Shown one piece after another: positions 1 through 12,691 of a stretch of 64,000 nucleotides of DNA. A program made the position numbers and the translations under genes. Source of the DNA: Octopus sinensis (Eukaryota). The notes under the pieces were generated by a model that saw only the letters and a list, made by a program, of their open reading frames with translations, made no database searches and was not told the DNA's origin. The DNA is taken from assembly GCF_006345805.1 (NCBI RefSeq), contig NC_042999.1, positions 69,378,001 to 69,442,000 of the forward strand, read 5' to 3'. Each line of letters starts with the position of its first letter. Within the stretch, counting starts at the first letter, position 1.

Positions 1-48
1 CCAGCATGGAAAATAGACGTTAAACGATGATGATGATGATGATTATGA
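1..48 (+). mobile_element. 3' tail of a SINE/LINE with (GAT)n tail
   Basis: ccagcatggaaaatagacgttaaac followed by (gat)n. Confidence 0.4.
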
Positions 49-59
49 CTCCTTCTGCT

Positions 60-860
60 CTGAAGATGTGATAAGAATCAGTTGATGATCTCAATGGGAT
101 AGGAATCACTATCGATAGAAAAGACATCAACAGCCTATGGTATGCTCATGATGTAGTCCTTATCACAACATCAGCAGAGTTGCTACAGAGATTATTGGAT
201 AAGGTAGAAAGTTAAAGATTTGTATTGAGTGAGTACCGGCTGGAAATCAATACAATGAAGACAAAAGTGATCGCAGTAACAAAAACAGAGGAGCATAACA
301 TTCAATGCCAAGGGGTTACATTCAAATGGATCACCAAGTTCAAATGTCTGGATACTATTACAATGAAGAAATCAAGAAACGGAGGCTACGAAATAGGAGC
401 ATGATTCAGGGCAGCGAGATCTGTCCTACAATTCACTCAGTAGAATATGAAATGACAGTGCTTTAAGAACATCAAATTAAAGCTTATGAAGTCACTAGTT
501 TGGTCCGTTGCACTGTATGGATGTGAAAGATAGACCCTGAAAGCAAAGAACGTTGCCGAACTCATATTATTTGAAACAACATACTGTCAAAGAATATTGA
601 AGATTAGCGGGACTGACCATCAAACAAAGGAGTTAGTACTTGTGGAAATGGGAACAGAAAGGGAAATTTTTGATAATTGCCAGGGAGAGAAAGCTGCAAT
701 ATTTCAGGGATGTCATCTGGGCCCGGAATCTCAGCACTGATATCCATGAAGGAAGAGTCAATGGGATACAAGGAACCAAAGAACCGTGAAGACACTAGCT
801 GGACAACATCAAAGAGTGGACTGGAAGAGCTCTGACTGAATATACACAACCATAACCAGC
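60..860 (+). mobile_element. Degraded RTE-clade LINE, RT C-terminal half
   Basis: Broken frames read INSLWYAHDVVL (YADD), EINTMKTKVI, FKCLDT, KSLVWSVALYGCE, RILKISGTD, typical of RTE RT; stops and frameshifts. Confidence 0.75.
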
Positions 861-1653
861 GGCGGAGAGAAAGAGAGAGAGCGCACGTGTCCGTAGTCCC
901 CAACCCTTAGCAGAAGAGAAGCAACAGTTCATCTCTCGTTAATTGCATTATCCCATACCTATGAACTGAGCCCTTAATTTTTAGTGATGAAATCTGATTA
1001 AGTGTAAATACATTTGTTTCTGTGAATCCTGCTTTTAAGCTTGGCGAAAACCCGTAATAAACTCTTCCTGTGCACCAATTTCAATATGAAGATATGAAAA
1101 ATATATTCTTCTCCTCCTTGGATTCTGTGGGTTTCCAACATCTCGTATTTCATTTGATCTTAACAAAAAAGTATTTATGTTAAGAGCAAGATATTAAAAG
1201 AAACTTTATTGTTGTGACTCGTTGTAGAAAGCTCTGGAGAGCAAAAGGGCAATAATTAAGCGTAAAATATAGGTGGTGCCACAAGAGAATGATTGGAGGA
1301 CAGTCTTTTTATTTTTATACTAAAACCACGATGTGAAGCTTAATATAATAAGGAGGGTTTGGACTCTATTACTTTTACTTCACGTAGGGTGCAGCAAAAA
1401 TAGAATAAAATAAATCCTCCCACATTTTTATTCTTGATTATCGCATGGTGGATGCTGGTCCAGAGAATAAAACAAAAAAATAAACAGTAAAACATTAGCT
1501 ACAGGAAGACCCTATTATCTTTGCCAAACTTTATTAGCGCCACGCCAATGGTCGTGTAAAATACGTGAGGTTTTTCTGCTGCACCCTGAATTTTCGATTA
1601 TTAATATTTTCTAACAGGATCTGGCTTTTAATGCTTAATATTTCAAAAGACAA

Positions 1654-1865
1654 GGGTGGCGAGCGGGTAGAATCGTTAGCGCGCCGGGCGAAATGCTTAG
1701 CGGCATTTCATCTGTCTTTACGTTCTGATTTCAAATACCGCCGGGGTTCACTTTGCTTTTCATCTTTTCAGGGTCAATAAAATAAGTACCAGTTGAGCAC
1801 TGGAGTGGGGGGTGCAATCGACTAACGCCCTCCTCTGAAATTGCTGGCATTGTGCCAAAATTTGG
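1654..1865 (+). mobile_element. tRNA-derived SINE family A (tail type 2)
   Basis: A-box-like ggtagaatcgttagc, B-box-like region, body ctttgcttttcatc...aataagtacc, tail ttgtgccaaaattt; multi-copy in window. Confidence 0.85.
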
Positions 1866-2440
1866 TGCCAAAATTTCAAAAGACAAACTTTGATAAATTT
1901 GCTTCAGTAGTTTGTCTATTAAGAAAAGAAATGCTAAGGATTACATTTGAGATCGTGAAGATTTCAGATAATTCGTATGTGTTGCTGAGAAGAGGAAAGT
2001 GGCGTTTTGGGACAGAGAGAAAGAAAGAGAGAAATTGTTTTTACTGTCTTAAGGACAGGGTGGCATCGACGTAGCTAAAAAGGAAGTGAGGGTAGCGACC
2101 TTTTTCCACATTTTTCAAAATTGGCGCCTTTTCAACGTTTCTGTTTAACGCTTTGCTCACCTATATCAGTAGTTGTAAGCTCCGTACATAATGACATTGT
2201 TACCGAAACATAAAATTAATGAATGTAGATGACAATTACGTATTTTATAACTTATGCAATATTTCGTATAATAGAAATGAGTTAAAAATTGTTTGATGTG
2301 TGTCACGACGCCCTTTTTACTGTTTTATGAGCTTACTACTCCTAACTTTAGAACTTGGCTACGCCTCTGCAGGGTGGATTCAAAAATCGTAAGATACTAC
2401 GCATAATATACAAACTTATCAAACTCACCAATATATATAT

Positions 2441-2848
2441 GCGGCGAGCTGGCAGAAACGTTAGCACGCCGGGCGAAATGCGTAGCCGTATTTCGTCTGC
2501 CGCTACGTTCTGAGTTCAAACTCCACCGAGGTCGACTTTGCCTTTCATCCTTTCGGGGTCGATTAAATAAGTACCACTTACGCACTGAGGTCGATATAAT
2601 CGACTTAATCCGTTTGTCTCTGTCTTTGTCCTCTCTGTGTTTAGCTCCTTGTGGGTAGTAAAGAAATATGTATTTCGTGTGCCGTTACGTTCTGAGTTCA
2701 AATTCTGCCGAGGTCGACTTTGCCTTTCATCCTTTCGGGGTCGATTAAATAAGTACCAGTTACGCACTGAGGTCGATATAATCGACTTAATCCGTTTGTC
2801 TGTCCTTGTTTGTCTCCTCTATGTTTAGCCCTCTGTGGGCAACAAAGA

Positions 2849-2851
<3 letters not shown>
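2441..2851 (+). mobile_element. SINE family A, two-unit head-to-tail dimer (tail type 1)
   Basis: Full head at 2441; second unit restarts at tatttcgt (about 2670); ends in (TA)n. Confidence 0.9.
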
Positions 2852-2899
<48 letters not shown>

Positions 2900-2949
2900 T
2901 AGATAATAAATTCTTTCTTATTTGGCAAAGGCCAATTCCGAAGGGAGGG

Positions 2950-3110
2950 AGCAAGATGATTACGACAACTTCTGTACTTAACTGATTTACTTTTATCGAC
3001 TCCGTAAGGATGAAATGCGAAGTCGATCTCGGCGAAATTTGAACTCTGAACGTAAAGAGCTAGAAGAAATGTCGCTTAACATTTTGTTCGATGCGCTAAC
3101 GGTTCTACTA
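2950..3110 (-). mobile_element. SINE family A, degraded, inverted relative to the 2441 copy
   Basis: Reverse complement of the same body (aaggatgaaatgcgaagtcga...tttgaactctgaacg). Confidence 0.8.
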
Positions 3111-3284
3111 GGAATAAAGAAATAAATAAAGTCACAGAACACTAACCAGTTTCTCGGACTCTGATTGTAGCCTCTAAGCAACAAAGAAAGGAGGGGGGAA
3201 AACGGTCTTTATGATTATGATCTTAAATTTTTCAGGAGCTGAAAATGTCATATGTCTGACAACAGCTTCTTTAATTAATATTAA

Positions 3285-3490
3285 CCCTTTCAGCCCGGCT
3301 GGTTCATATTTGTACCAGTCAAAAATTTTACGACTTATGTGATGCAGTATGGTACCGCTCCGGTTTTTCTGGTATGTAGCGCCAGACGTATAATCGGAGT
3401 GTATGACACTATAATGACAGCTCAAAAGGCACGCATGCGTACAAACCCCCCGCCATTACCGACTTGAGAAAAAATTCCAGGTTGAAAGGG
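3285..3490. mobile_element. piggyBac-type MITE (206 bp)
   Basis: TTAA at 3281-84 and 3491-94; TIRs CCCTTTCAGCCCGG / CCAGGTTGAAAGGG (12 of 14 match). Confidence 0.85.
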
Positions 3491-3785
3491 TTAAAGGATA
3501 AATTCAATGGAATATATCAGCAACTGCATAGAAGCTGAGGGCCTCATGGACAGTTCGGACTATGCGCACCAGAAGTGAATAGGTTCAAGGCTGGGGACAG
3601 GAAGTGCAAAGCAGTTAAACTAATGACATTATCTTCTAAATGCTAATATTTTCTGTTAATTCGAGTAATTGACTCTTGAAATCGTCTGTAGCTGCTTGAA
3701 ATTAACTGAGTAGCTGTCCTTGGTCAATATTGGCTGAAATAGTCTCTGGCCAATAAACCACACCCTCTCTCAATAGACATAAATA

Positions 3786-3827
<42 letters not shown>

Positions 3828-4189
3828 TATACACGCATACATAAATACTCTATCACACACACAAACACACTCACATAAACATACATACATATTTGTTGAA
3901 CTGGCAGAGTCGTTGGAGCACCGGATAGAGTGTTTTCCAAACTTGCTCTGGCTGTCTGAGATCGAATCCCGCTGAGGTTAATCTCTCTCTCTCTCTCTTT
4001 CTTGAAAACAATTGCATGTTGACCTTGAGGCGTCTGAGATGCCCAAACCCTGCCACAAGTTACGACGCGCACCTGTGACCCTATTGATTATTGAGAACGC
4101 AAGACATTGTAGACGAACGTGTGTGTGTGTGTGTGTATGTGTGTGTGTGTGTGTGGTGTGTGTGTGTGTGTGTGTATGTGTGTGTGTGT

Positions 4190-4370
4190 GTGTGTTGACA
4201 ACCGACGCTGGTTTGTTTACAACTCTGTAGGTTAGGTGCTCGACAAAAGAGACCGATGGAATACGCACTAGATTTAAAAAAATAAACACTGAGGTAGATT
4301 TGTTCAACTAAAACCTTTCAATGTGGTGCCCCAGCATGGGCGCAGTCAAATGACTGAAACAAAAGATTAA
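4190..4370 (+). mobile_element. SINE family B 3' part after a (GT)n tract
   Basis: gacaaccgacgctgg...ccagcatgg..cagtcaaatgactgaaac shared with other B copies. Confidence 0.75.
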
Positions 4371-4734
4371 AGATAAGATGATGTAGTCGTAAATATTGCT
4401 AAAAAAAGACAGGAGAGTCACGATTGGAACGTCTTTGATCATAAATCTGTTGGTTCTAGAGTGATCTAAGTGTAAAGATCAGAAGTAAGGAAATAACCCA
4501 TTTAAAAGGAATGGATCCCGGAATTAAAGGTTTGACTTGGAGAAATGGTAGTGGTGGTGGGGTGAGTGTTAAGGAGGTTGCAGGGACAACTTCGCAACCT
4601 CTCTACTTTCCTAACTATTTACTTAGGTTGTACTGAGCTTGAAGACGCTGAAATGGGGTCATGGGAGTTTCCCTTCCTTGTTTAATTAAGACATTAGAAT
4701 AAATAGGTTATAAATCTATTACAGCTTAGGGTAT

Positions 4735-4995
4735 TGATAAAAGAGAGATGGGGAAAGAGAGATGGAGAGAGAGGGAAGAAAAGAAGAGGGATAATGGGGA
4801 GACAGGAGGGGACGAAAGAGAAAGACAAAGGGAGAAAGAGAGCGGAGAGGAGGTGGAGAAAGATCGATAGGGGGAAAGAAAGAGGACGAAAGGGGGTGGA
4901 GATGAGAGGAGGAGGGAAGGACAAGGGTGAAAGAAAGCGATAAGAAACAGAAATTAATGATTTTATGAATGGAAAGAGGGAAGGGGAAAGGGAGA
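4735..4995. repeat. Polypurine (GA-rich) low-complexity tract
   Basis: Almost exclusively G/A over about 260 bp. Confidence 0.85.
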
Positions 4996-5016
4996 GAATG
5001 AGCAGGTAATTTAGAA

Positions 5017-5207
5017 TAATTTTGGCACAAGGCCAGCAATATTTTTTTTGAGGGGTGGGGTAAGTCGATTACATCAACTGGTATTTATTTTATCAACCCG
5101 AAAATGATAAAAGGTAAAGACGACCCTGGCGGTATTTGGACTCAGAACGTAAAGTCGTCGTTACGCATTTTGCAGGGCGTGCAGTCGATTCTGCCAGCTC
5201 ACCTCCG
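5017..5207 (-). mobile_element. SINE family A (tail type 2)
   Basis: Reverse complement of the 1654 copy. Confidence 0.8.
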
Positions 5208-5318
5208 CCATTAGAGATAAGTGAATATTGACATAACTTTTTTATGGAAAGCATATTGGAGAGATTTATTAGTGTTCTAATGTTGGTAATGGAATAATAA
5301 TAACAACAACAACAACTA

Positions 5319-6085
5319 GCCCAGAAGGAATATAAGAGACGCCACCACAATATAGCAAGGCTTGTCCATTGGGCACTTTGCAACGGGTATGAACTTGACA
5401 GAGCAAAAAATTGGTACGATCATAAACCTGAAAGCATCATCGAAAAAGATAATGCAAAAATCCTGTGGGATTTTATGATTTAGTGCGAACATGAGATAGA
5501 GAATAGAAAGCCAGACATAGTCATAATTGAGAAAGAAAACAAACAATGTTGGATCATAGGTATAGCATGCCCAGCTGACAACAAGGTATGCGATAAAGAA
5601 GAAAGAAAAGTCGATGGATATAACAGGTTAGCTTGGGAAGTTAAGCGGTTTTGGTTGATGAAAAAGGTGGTAGTAGTACCAATAATTGTCGGAGCCCTGG
5701 GAACAGTGAGTAAAAATCTTGAGAAGTACATGGAACAAATAAGGGCTGCAATTAGGGTGGAGCACTTGCAGAAAACAGCACTGCTTGGAACCGTTCGAAT
5801 ACTCTGGAAAGTGCTCGAAAAATACGAGGTGTTATCTTAGTTCACTGGTAGTGAACAGCTGATACCGCAGTACACCTCCAACGTTAGAAGCTGTGCAAAG
5901 GCAATAACAATAATAATAATAATAGTAATAATAATACAAACAACAACCTATCAGTTGCTGAGAAGTTCAGGACTGAAAGCAAAGACTGAATGTTTCATAT
6001 TGGTGGTACAAGATCAAAGCTTGCTTACAAAAACGTCCATGCTAACATTATTCAAAACGGTTCTGGCCCTAAATGCAGATTCTGC
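5319..6085 (+). mobile_element. R4/Dong-like non-LTR retrotransposon 3' end (restriction-like endonuclease) with (AAT)n tail, plus an upstream-type fragment
   Basis: YKRRHHNIARLVHWALC, KILWDF, RKPDIVIIEK, VVVVPIIVGALG, LQKTALLGT; 3'UTR then (aat)n at about 5903-5935; LKAKTECFILVVQDQSL fragment at 5950-6040. Confidence 0.8.
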
Positions 6086-6129
6086 ATTTAGGGTCAAATG
6101 ACTCAGAACAAGTCACTGATCTCATCGGA

Positions 6130-7310
6130 ACATATATGAAGTGTATAACCTATTCCAGATCGAGTCCTGGTTTCCTAGGATAGGAAGACGCTCTCTTCGT
6201 ACTAGATAGGTATAATAAAGTAGAAATGGAGAGATGTAAGAAACGCCCAATTAAATTCTTTAGAATTTTCGGGCAATCTGTTACTTAGAAAATAATTACT
6301 GTAAGATACATTTTTTTAATGTAACATTTAGTCTGGATACCGGGTTTGAACCACATGATAAACCGAACGAAAACCTAAGGTACTTAAATAAAATATCTAA
6401 TCACCCACTCTCTATAATAAAAGGACTTATAAACAATATATCCAATCGAATATCTAGACTTTCGGCAAGTGAAATGAAATTTAATTCGCATGCACATTAT
6501 TACAATGTAGCATTAGCTAGACCAAGTTATATTGAGAAAATCTATACCTAAAGATAATCGTATTAATGTACATAGTCACAATAATAATAGCACAAAACCA
6601 TAATTAAGAGAAGAAATTATAAACATAAAATAGAGGAAGGTGGTCATAAGAAGGTAAAAGGCATAATAAAAAAAAACTAAAAGGGAAAATAGGGCTAATC
6701 TAAATATTAATTATAACTGGTAATGACCCTACCACAGATTATAGTAGTAGTCATAAACCGAACAAAAGTATAAAAGATGCAATGTTTTGTTGTATAATCC
6801 AATCTTCGGACAAGTATCATACAAAATTGCTAGGAACTTCTTTGCTGCATTGGAGAAGCAGTTTCCAAAATCTAATAAATACTATAAGATTTTTAATAGA
6901 CATACAGTAAAAGTATCGTACACTACATCTAAAACGAATACTATATTCATAAACTCAATAATAGAAAGATAAACCCGGAGTTAACTAACAGAATTGGTGG
7001 AGGTAAAGATAGAATTGATTTATCTAAAAAGAATCGTAATAGTATAGAAGAAACTAATGAAGCACGTCCAAATGGCCATGACAGAAATAATAATGTAAAA
7101 AATAATATGATAAAATAATAATGGCAAAAATAATATGAGTAATAATAGATATGCTGAAAAATCTGAATGATAGAAGCGTTGGAAACAGCAACAAGGGTGG
7201 TAATGAAGAGTATATGAAGAGAACTAATAATAAGCACTGACACAATAAAGGGAAAATTAGAAATAGAAGAAAGACTGGTTACGACCGATTGGAAAACAAT
7301 GTGATAAGCA
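6130..7310 (+). mobile_element. Degraded Penelope-like element (Hydra-type RT/thumb), 5' part
   Basis: Frames resemble FLNVTFSL..KPNENLRYLNKISNHP..NISNRISRLS and YNPIFG..IARNFFAALEKQFPKSNKYYKIFNRHTVKVSY, homologous to the 39-41 kb element. Confidence 0.65.
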
Positions 7311-7316
7311 ATAATA

Positions 7317-8565
7317 TTGGGTCATCCCATAAATAATGCGGTTTTTTTCAATTGCATGAACTACAAGTTGGAGGGGGACGATATAAACTACTTCCATGAA
7401 CTTGTAAAAGCAGGTAGTAATTCTATCTTGTTCGTATTCTTAGTGCAAGTTTTGAAGAGTGCTGTTCGATTTTAACAGTTATTTTTTCAAAGCTATAATG
7501 GAAGTGTCAAAGAAGCATATTCAGCATATTTTGCTTTATGAGTTCAATAAAGGCAATGACGCAACAGAAAGTGCGAGGAATATTAATTCAGTATATGGGG
7601 ATCGGACAATAAGCATAAACCAGTGTCAACGGTGGTTCCAGAAATTCCGAGCCGGAAACTACAACCTAGAAGACGAGCCTCGTCCTAAAAGTTCGGTAGA
7701 ACTCGACGAGAACGTCCTGCACATCCTAGTGGAACAAAATCCGATCGTAACTGTTGAGGAACTAGTAGAGAAGCTTGGATTTGGTCATTCAACCATTCAT
7801 CGACACCTGCGTGCCATCGGAAAAGTCAGCAAAATAGGTCAATGGGTTCCTCACAAACTTTCTGAGTCTAATCGCGCGCAGAGAGTGAATGTGTGCTCTT
7901 CTTTGCTGTCACGTCTCACGAATGAACATTTTTTGGACCGAATAGTGACTAGTGACGAGAAATGGGTTCTCTATGAAAATGTCAATTCACCGGGTAGGGA
8001 AAGGCGAAACACCGGCACCCCAAGCTAGAGAAGGTCTTCACCGACGTAAGGTGTTGTTAACTGTTTGGTGGGATACGAAAGGTTTAATCCACTCTGAACT
8101 TAGAAGCCCAAACCAAACGATAACAAATGATATCTACTGCGAGAAGAAAAACGACCATCTTTGGTTTCAAGACGAAAGGTGTTCTTCCCTCAGGATAATG
8201 CTCGGCCAAATACAGCGAGAATGACATTCCAAAGGCGAGGGCAGTTTGAATGGGAAACGATGCCCCACCCACCATATTCGCTGGACATTGCCCCATCTGA
8301 TTATCATTTATTTTGCAGTCTTCAAAATCATTTGGACGGAAAAAATATAAATTCTGTAGATGAAGTCAGAACAGTATTGGAGGGGTATTTTTCGTCATGG
8401 ACAAGTGAATTTTGGAAGAGAGGCCTTGCAAGTGTACCAGGTAGAGGGAAGAGCATTGTAGAAAATGAAGGAGAGTTTATTTTAGATTTTAAAAAAAATT
8501 TGTTTATCTTAAATTTGAAAAATAAAAGAAGTATTAAAAAACGCATTATTTATGGGATGACCCAA
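7317..8565 (+). mobile_element. Full-length mariner (DD34D-type) transposon, frameshifted transposase
   Basis: TA-flanked TIRs TTGGGTCATCCCATAAATAATGCG; ATG 7498 MEVSKKHIQHILLYEF (HTH); WVPHKL, TSDEKW, QDNARP, HPPYSLDIAPSDYHLF; about 1249 bp. Confidence 0.95.
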
Positions 8566-8571
8566 TACTTT

Positions 8572-8870
8572 CAGTGACAGCAATGTATGTTCACTGAAAA
8601 ATGAATGCCTTCGGAAGAACTTAATGTACAAATTCACAGTGAGAACGCTAGCAGTTGCATTTGGTGCGACTGCAGGTTCCTTCCAAAATCGATATTGAAA
8701 CCATATTGTAGCCTTTAATAAGAGACACTGCACACCCCTCGATGACCTGGTCTAGAGACTTAAGGAAGGTACCGCGCAATACAACATTAAATGGTCGATA
8801 ATAAAAAAAGGCATATCCATATAATGCGTTCTCGAGATTTTTCTAGTCTCTGTTCTGAGGAAGCCCTGTG
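8572..8870 (+). mobile_element. GIY-YIG endonuclease remnant continuing the Penelope-like element split by the mariner
   Basis: CSLKNECLRKNLMYKFTV..AFGATAGSFQNRY*NH..LKEGTAQYNIKWSIIKK matches the CPL..CL..VY..YIG.T..F..RY.NH pattern. Confidence 0.6.
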
Positions 8871-9496
8871 CATTTCAATGAGTGCAGATGAACTGGCGCA
8901 CAGGTTCTCCGAAACAGTTATAAGATGCAACTGAAGATTAAAATGTTTCATTTCGCAGTTTTGTAAAAACAATTAACGTTTGAAACTCTATCCAATCAAT
9001 CTACATCAACCCTCCTCTCTCTATCATTTTATGTATTTGTCTCGGGTTTTCAAAATAGTTCCATGTATGTTAGAAGAATATATACGATTATGTCAGATTG
9101 TATTATCTATCTCAATATTTTACAAACGGTATGAATGTATGTAAGAGGTGTACATACGTGCATATATAAATAGATGTATATATGTATGTAGGTATAAAAC
9201 AATGTGCGTTACTTTGTGCGTGGTTGTCTGGGGCAATGTACATGCGGGGCGGGTATCTTTTTGTCTTTCTTATTGTTTGAAAGCAGCGCATAAAAACTAG
9301 ACGATAATAAATTAACTTTAAACAGAGACTCATTCTAGACTAGGATGGGGAATTGTTTTGTCGCGAGAAAAAGGAGGGTAATTCAGATTTTTTAAAGAGA
9401 CAAGGAAACAGTTCTGAAGGACTGAAGTGATCTGTCTTAACTTCCTTATCAATTTATCATCATTAAACGCCTTATTTTATTCTGTAGTCTGTTAAG

Positions 9497-9847
9497 TGGA
9501 GGCGCAATGGCCCAGTGGTTAGGGCAGCGGACTCGCGGTCATAGGATTGTGGTTTTGTAAGTGTTTATTGAGCGAAGACACTTAAAGCTCCAAGAGGCTC
9601 CGGCAGGGGATGGTGGCGAACCCTGCTGTACTCTTTCACCACAACTTCCTCTCACTCTTTTTTCCTCTTTCTGTTGTACCTGTATTTCAAAGGGGCCAGC
9701 CTTGTCACACTCTGATTCTCCCCAAGGACTACGTTAAGAGTACACGTGTCTGCGGAGTGCTCAGCCACTTACAGGTTAATTTCACGAACAGGCTGTTCCG
9801 TTGATCGCATCAACTGGAACCCTCGTCGTTGCAACAGACGGACTGCC
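9497..9847 (+). mobile_element. tRNA-derived SINE family C
   Basis: Head ggcgcaatggcccagtggttagggcagcggactcgcggtc; tail cgtcgttgcaacagacggactgcc. Confidence 0.9.
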
Positions 9848-10170
9848 GGAAGAAGTCTGTTTAGAAGTCTGACCATTCTGAATGAAAGTCAACATTTACG
9901 CTTGAGTGACTGCGTGTCTGCGTGCGCGCACATGCGTGTATGAATGTAACATGTGCATGTAAGTTGCATAAAAATAACAATAGCCGTCACTCGCAAGCGA
10001 ATATGACTTCGTTATAAAGTAATATATTTTAGTATAATTGCCTTTGTAGTCGGGAACAGACACAGGCATTTTTTCTTCCCACTCCACAATCATTGACTCA
10101 GCTGTCACATCCAGGATGTGGCAGCTGGAGAGAGGAAGGGACGTGTATATATATATATATATATATATAT

Positions 10171-10471
10171 CACCGTGACCGACCAGGCCACCAGATGTTG
10201 TTACACATCGCTGGTCACAATGCGCTTCACATTGTTTTAGCCTTCAAATGTCGCCACCCCGCTGGCTAAGCGAGCAAGCCAACAGAAGAAAGAGTGAGAG
10301 AAAGTTGTGGCGAAAGAGTACAGCAGGGATCGCCACCACCCCCTGCCGGAGCCTCGTGGAGCTTTAGGTGCTTTCGCTCAATAAACACTCACAACGCCCG
10401 GTCTGGGAATCGAAACCACGATCCTACGACCGCGAGTCCGCTGCCCTAACCACTAGGCCATTGCGCCTCCA
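10171..10471 (-). mobile_element. SINE with family C head and body but a different tail (C2)
   Basis: About 185 bp reverse-complementary to 9497-9660, then unrelated tail ending ggtcggtcacggtg. Confidence 0.85.
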
Positions 10472-10529
10472 TACACACACACACATATATATATATATGA
10501 AAACTCCGAATATATATATATATATATGT

Positions 10530-11272
10530 GACTCCGACACTCGGGTTGTTCGGGCTTAGCCCGAGTATAAGTTTAGTAGATTTAGTAAAGTGAACGCGTA
10601 TTTGCAAGCTGATTTAATTTCTGCCAGCACTGACTTCAAGTATGTAATTGCAGCCAATAACTCGGGCTTCTTTTATTGAGCCTGGTCACTGTTCATTTCT
10701 TTTCGTTCAGCGTCTGGCGGTCGTCTTAGAGGTGTCCTGTGTCAAAAAATATCATTCGTAGCAGACGTTCTCTCGGTATCGTTCACAAGAGTCTGACTCG
10801 AGCTCAGAAGTTACAGCCCGAGTTGCTATCTCTAATCGTAAAAATTAAAAGTAATTCAAATTCTATTTTTTCTTGAAACAATGAATTTCTATAGAGATTA
10901 GGATTTAAATTCCAATCTATGTAAAGTTTGCGTTCTACAATATTCTTAAAGGAACACAAAATTATCCAGCCTGGTCGGTGTAAAAGACTAACTGGCATCT
11001 CTTGTCAAGTGTACAGGCGACAGTCAGATCGCTAGTGTTTGTTGTGCACTCCGCTGTCGTTATTTGATTGTCTGTGTGTAAAAATCACTTGTGTTTTGCG
11101 GGATTGCTTTATTTTTACTCCTAACTTAGAAATAGAGAAATACATAGTGTTCGATATAGAAATAGGCTATTTGGGGCTAGAAATAAAGCGGAAAACGGGA
11201 AATTCTTCGAGCAGGCATGTGTCTTATGCGACATCGGTGATGGGCCCGAGTGACGCTGAGGGCCTGAGTCGT

Positions 11273-11278
<6 letters not shown>
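10530..11278. mobile_element. Unclassified insertion between (TA)n tracts with a GC hairpin near the left end
   Basis: TCGGGC-TTA-GCCCGA hairpin at 10550-10564; ctcggg/cccgag motifs near both ends; TA tracts on both sides. Confidence 0.3.
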
Positions 11279-11355
<77 letters not shown>

Positions 11356-11580
11356 AGAGAGAGAGAGATGGGAGCTGTACTAACACTTGGGTTGGTAATC
11401 GTTTTCAGCTGAGTAAATTAGGAATATGAAATGATCCGTCTTATTGAAGGACACAGTGCGCAACTCCGTCCACGAATCGAACCCATGACATTATAATTGT
11501 GAATCCTACACCTTTACCACTTGACTACGTGCCCTCACAGAAATTGTGTTTATTACAGTTTGAATTATTTTTAAATCTCT

Positions 11581-11738
11581 GAGGAGTTTCTGTGTGGTAA
11601 GTAGCTTTCTCCCCAACCACATGATTCTAGGTTCAGTCTCACTGCGTGGTACCTTGGGCAAGTGTCCTCTACTATAGCCTCGAGCTGATAAAAGCCTTGC
11701 AAATGGATTTGGTAGAGGGAAACTGAACGAAGCCCGTC

Positions 11739-11776
<38 letters not shown>

Positions 11777-11820
11777 GTATGTGTGTGCGTGTGTATATGT
11801 GTGTGTGATCACTGCTTGAC
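11581..11820 (+). mobile_element. SINE family B (CORE-like ccttgggcaagtg)
   Basis: tRNA-like head, gtaccttgggcaagtgtc, internal (TA)n. Confidence 0.8.
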
Positions 11821-11849
11821 ACTTGGACCTCTGTACATATTTTTATTTT

Positions 11850-12151
11850 TTGAAGCCTGATACTTAGTTAATCGGTCTCTTTTGCCGAACCGCTAAGTTA
11901 CGAGGATGTAAATACACCAACACCGACTGTCAGGCGGTGGATGGAGGGTGAATAAATGCGCGCGCACGTGGACACATAAACACACATACACGACGGCCTT
12001 CTTTCAGTTTCCGTCTACCAAATCCACTCGCACGGCTTTGGTCGGCCCGAGGCTATAGTAGAAAACACTTGCCCAAGGTGCCACGCAGTGGGACCGAACC
12101 CGAAACCATGTGGTTGGCAAGCAAGCTTCTTAACACGCAGCCACGCCTGCG
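11850..12151 (-). mobile_element. SINE family B, inverted and adjacent to the previous copy
   Basis: Reverse complement of the B consensus. Confidence 0.85.
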
Positions 12152-12691
12152 CTTGCATGTCAGCTACTGATACACGGAGAATACACCTGCATCAGTGGAG
12201 GTTGAAAAACGGATGGCAACCACCCTGGCTACTCTATACATGCCCTGTACTGTTCTCTATTTTGTACTGTCGATGTTATTTAGTTGCAAATCAGCGTTCA
12301 TCGAACATATGACGAAAGACGTTCCAGTTGTGACCATCTTGTCTTTTTCATAGGCGTCTAAGACTACATTAGCGTGATGTGTCCTCTCGGTTGCCTTTGG
12401 TCATGGGTCAACTTAATCATGGTTGATCTGCTTTTTAATAACAATAACTATTTAAGATCATTTGTATTGTTAATGTGTCTGAGAAAAGCATGAAGTTCAC
12501 AAAATCTTATGACCTCCAAGTTTTATAAATCTAACGGCCTATTTAGGGAATGGGTTACTTTAATACAAGGAAATTCTTTACTTTGGCAAAGAAGGTTCTG
12601 CTATTGTAAATGTTTGGTTGTTACAAACTATTACACGAAGGCCGTGATTTACATATTTGACGGATATTTTCCTCATCTTATTTATTGTTAG

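Noticed and set aside
9497-9570. tRNA-like heads as tRNA genes
   Set aside because: All continue into SINE bodies and lack a complete acceptor stem.
9896-10108. Minus ORF MTAESMIVEWEEKMPV.. as a possible ESRP exon 3
   Set aside because: No similarity to the expected TDGQ/HPEA exon and no convincing splice sites.
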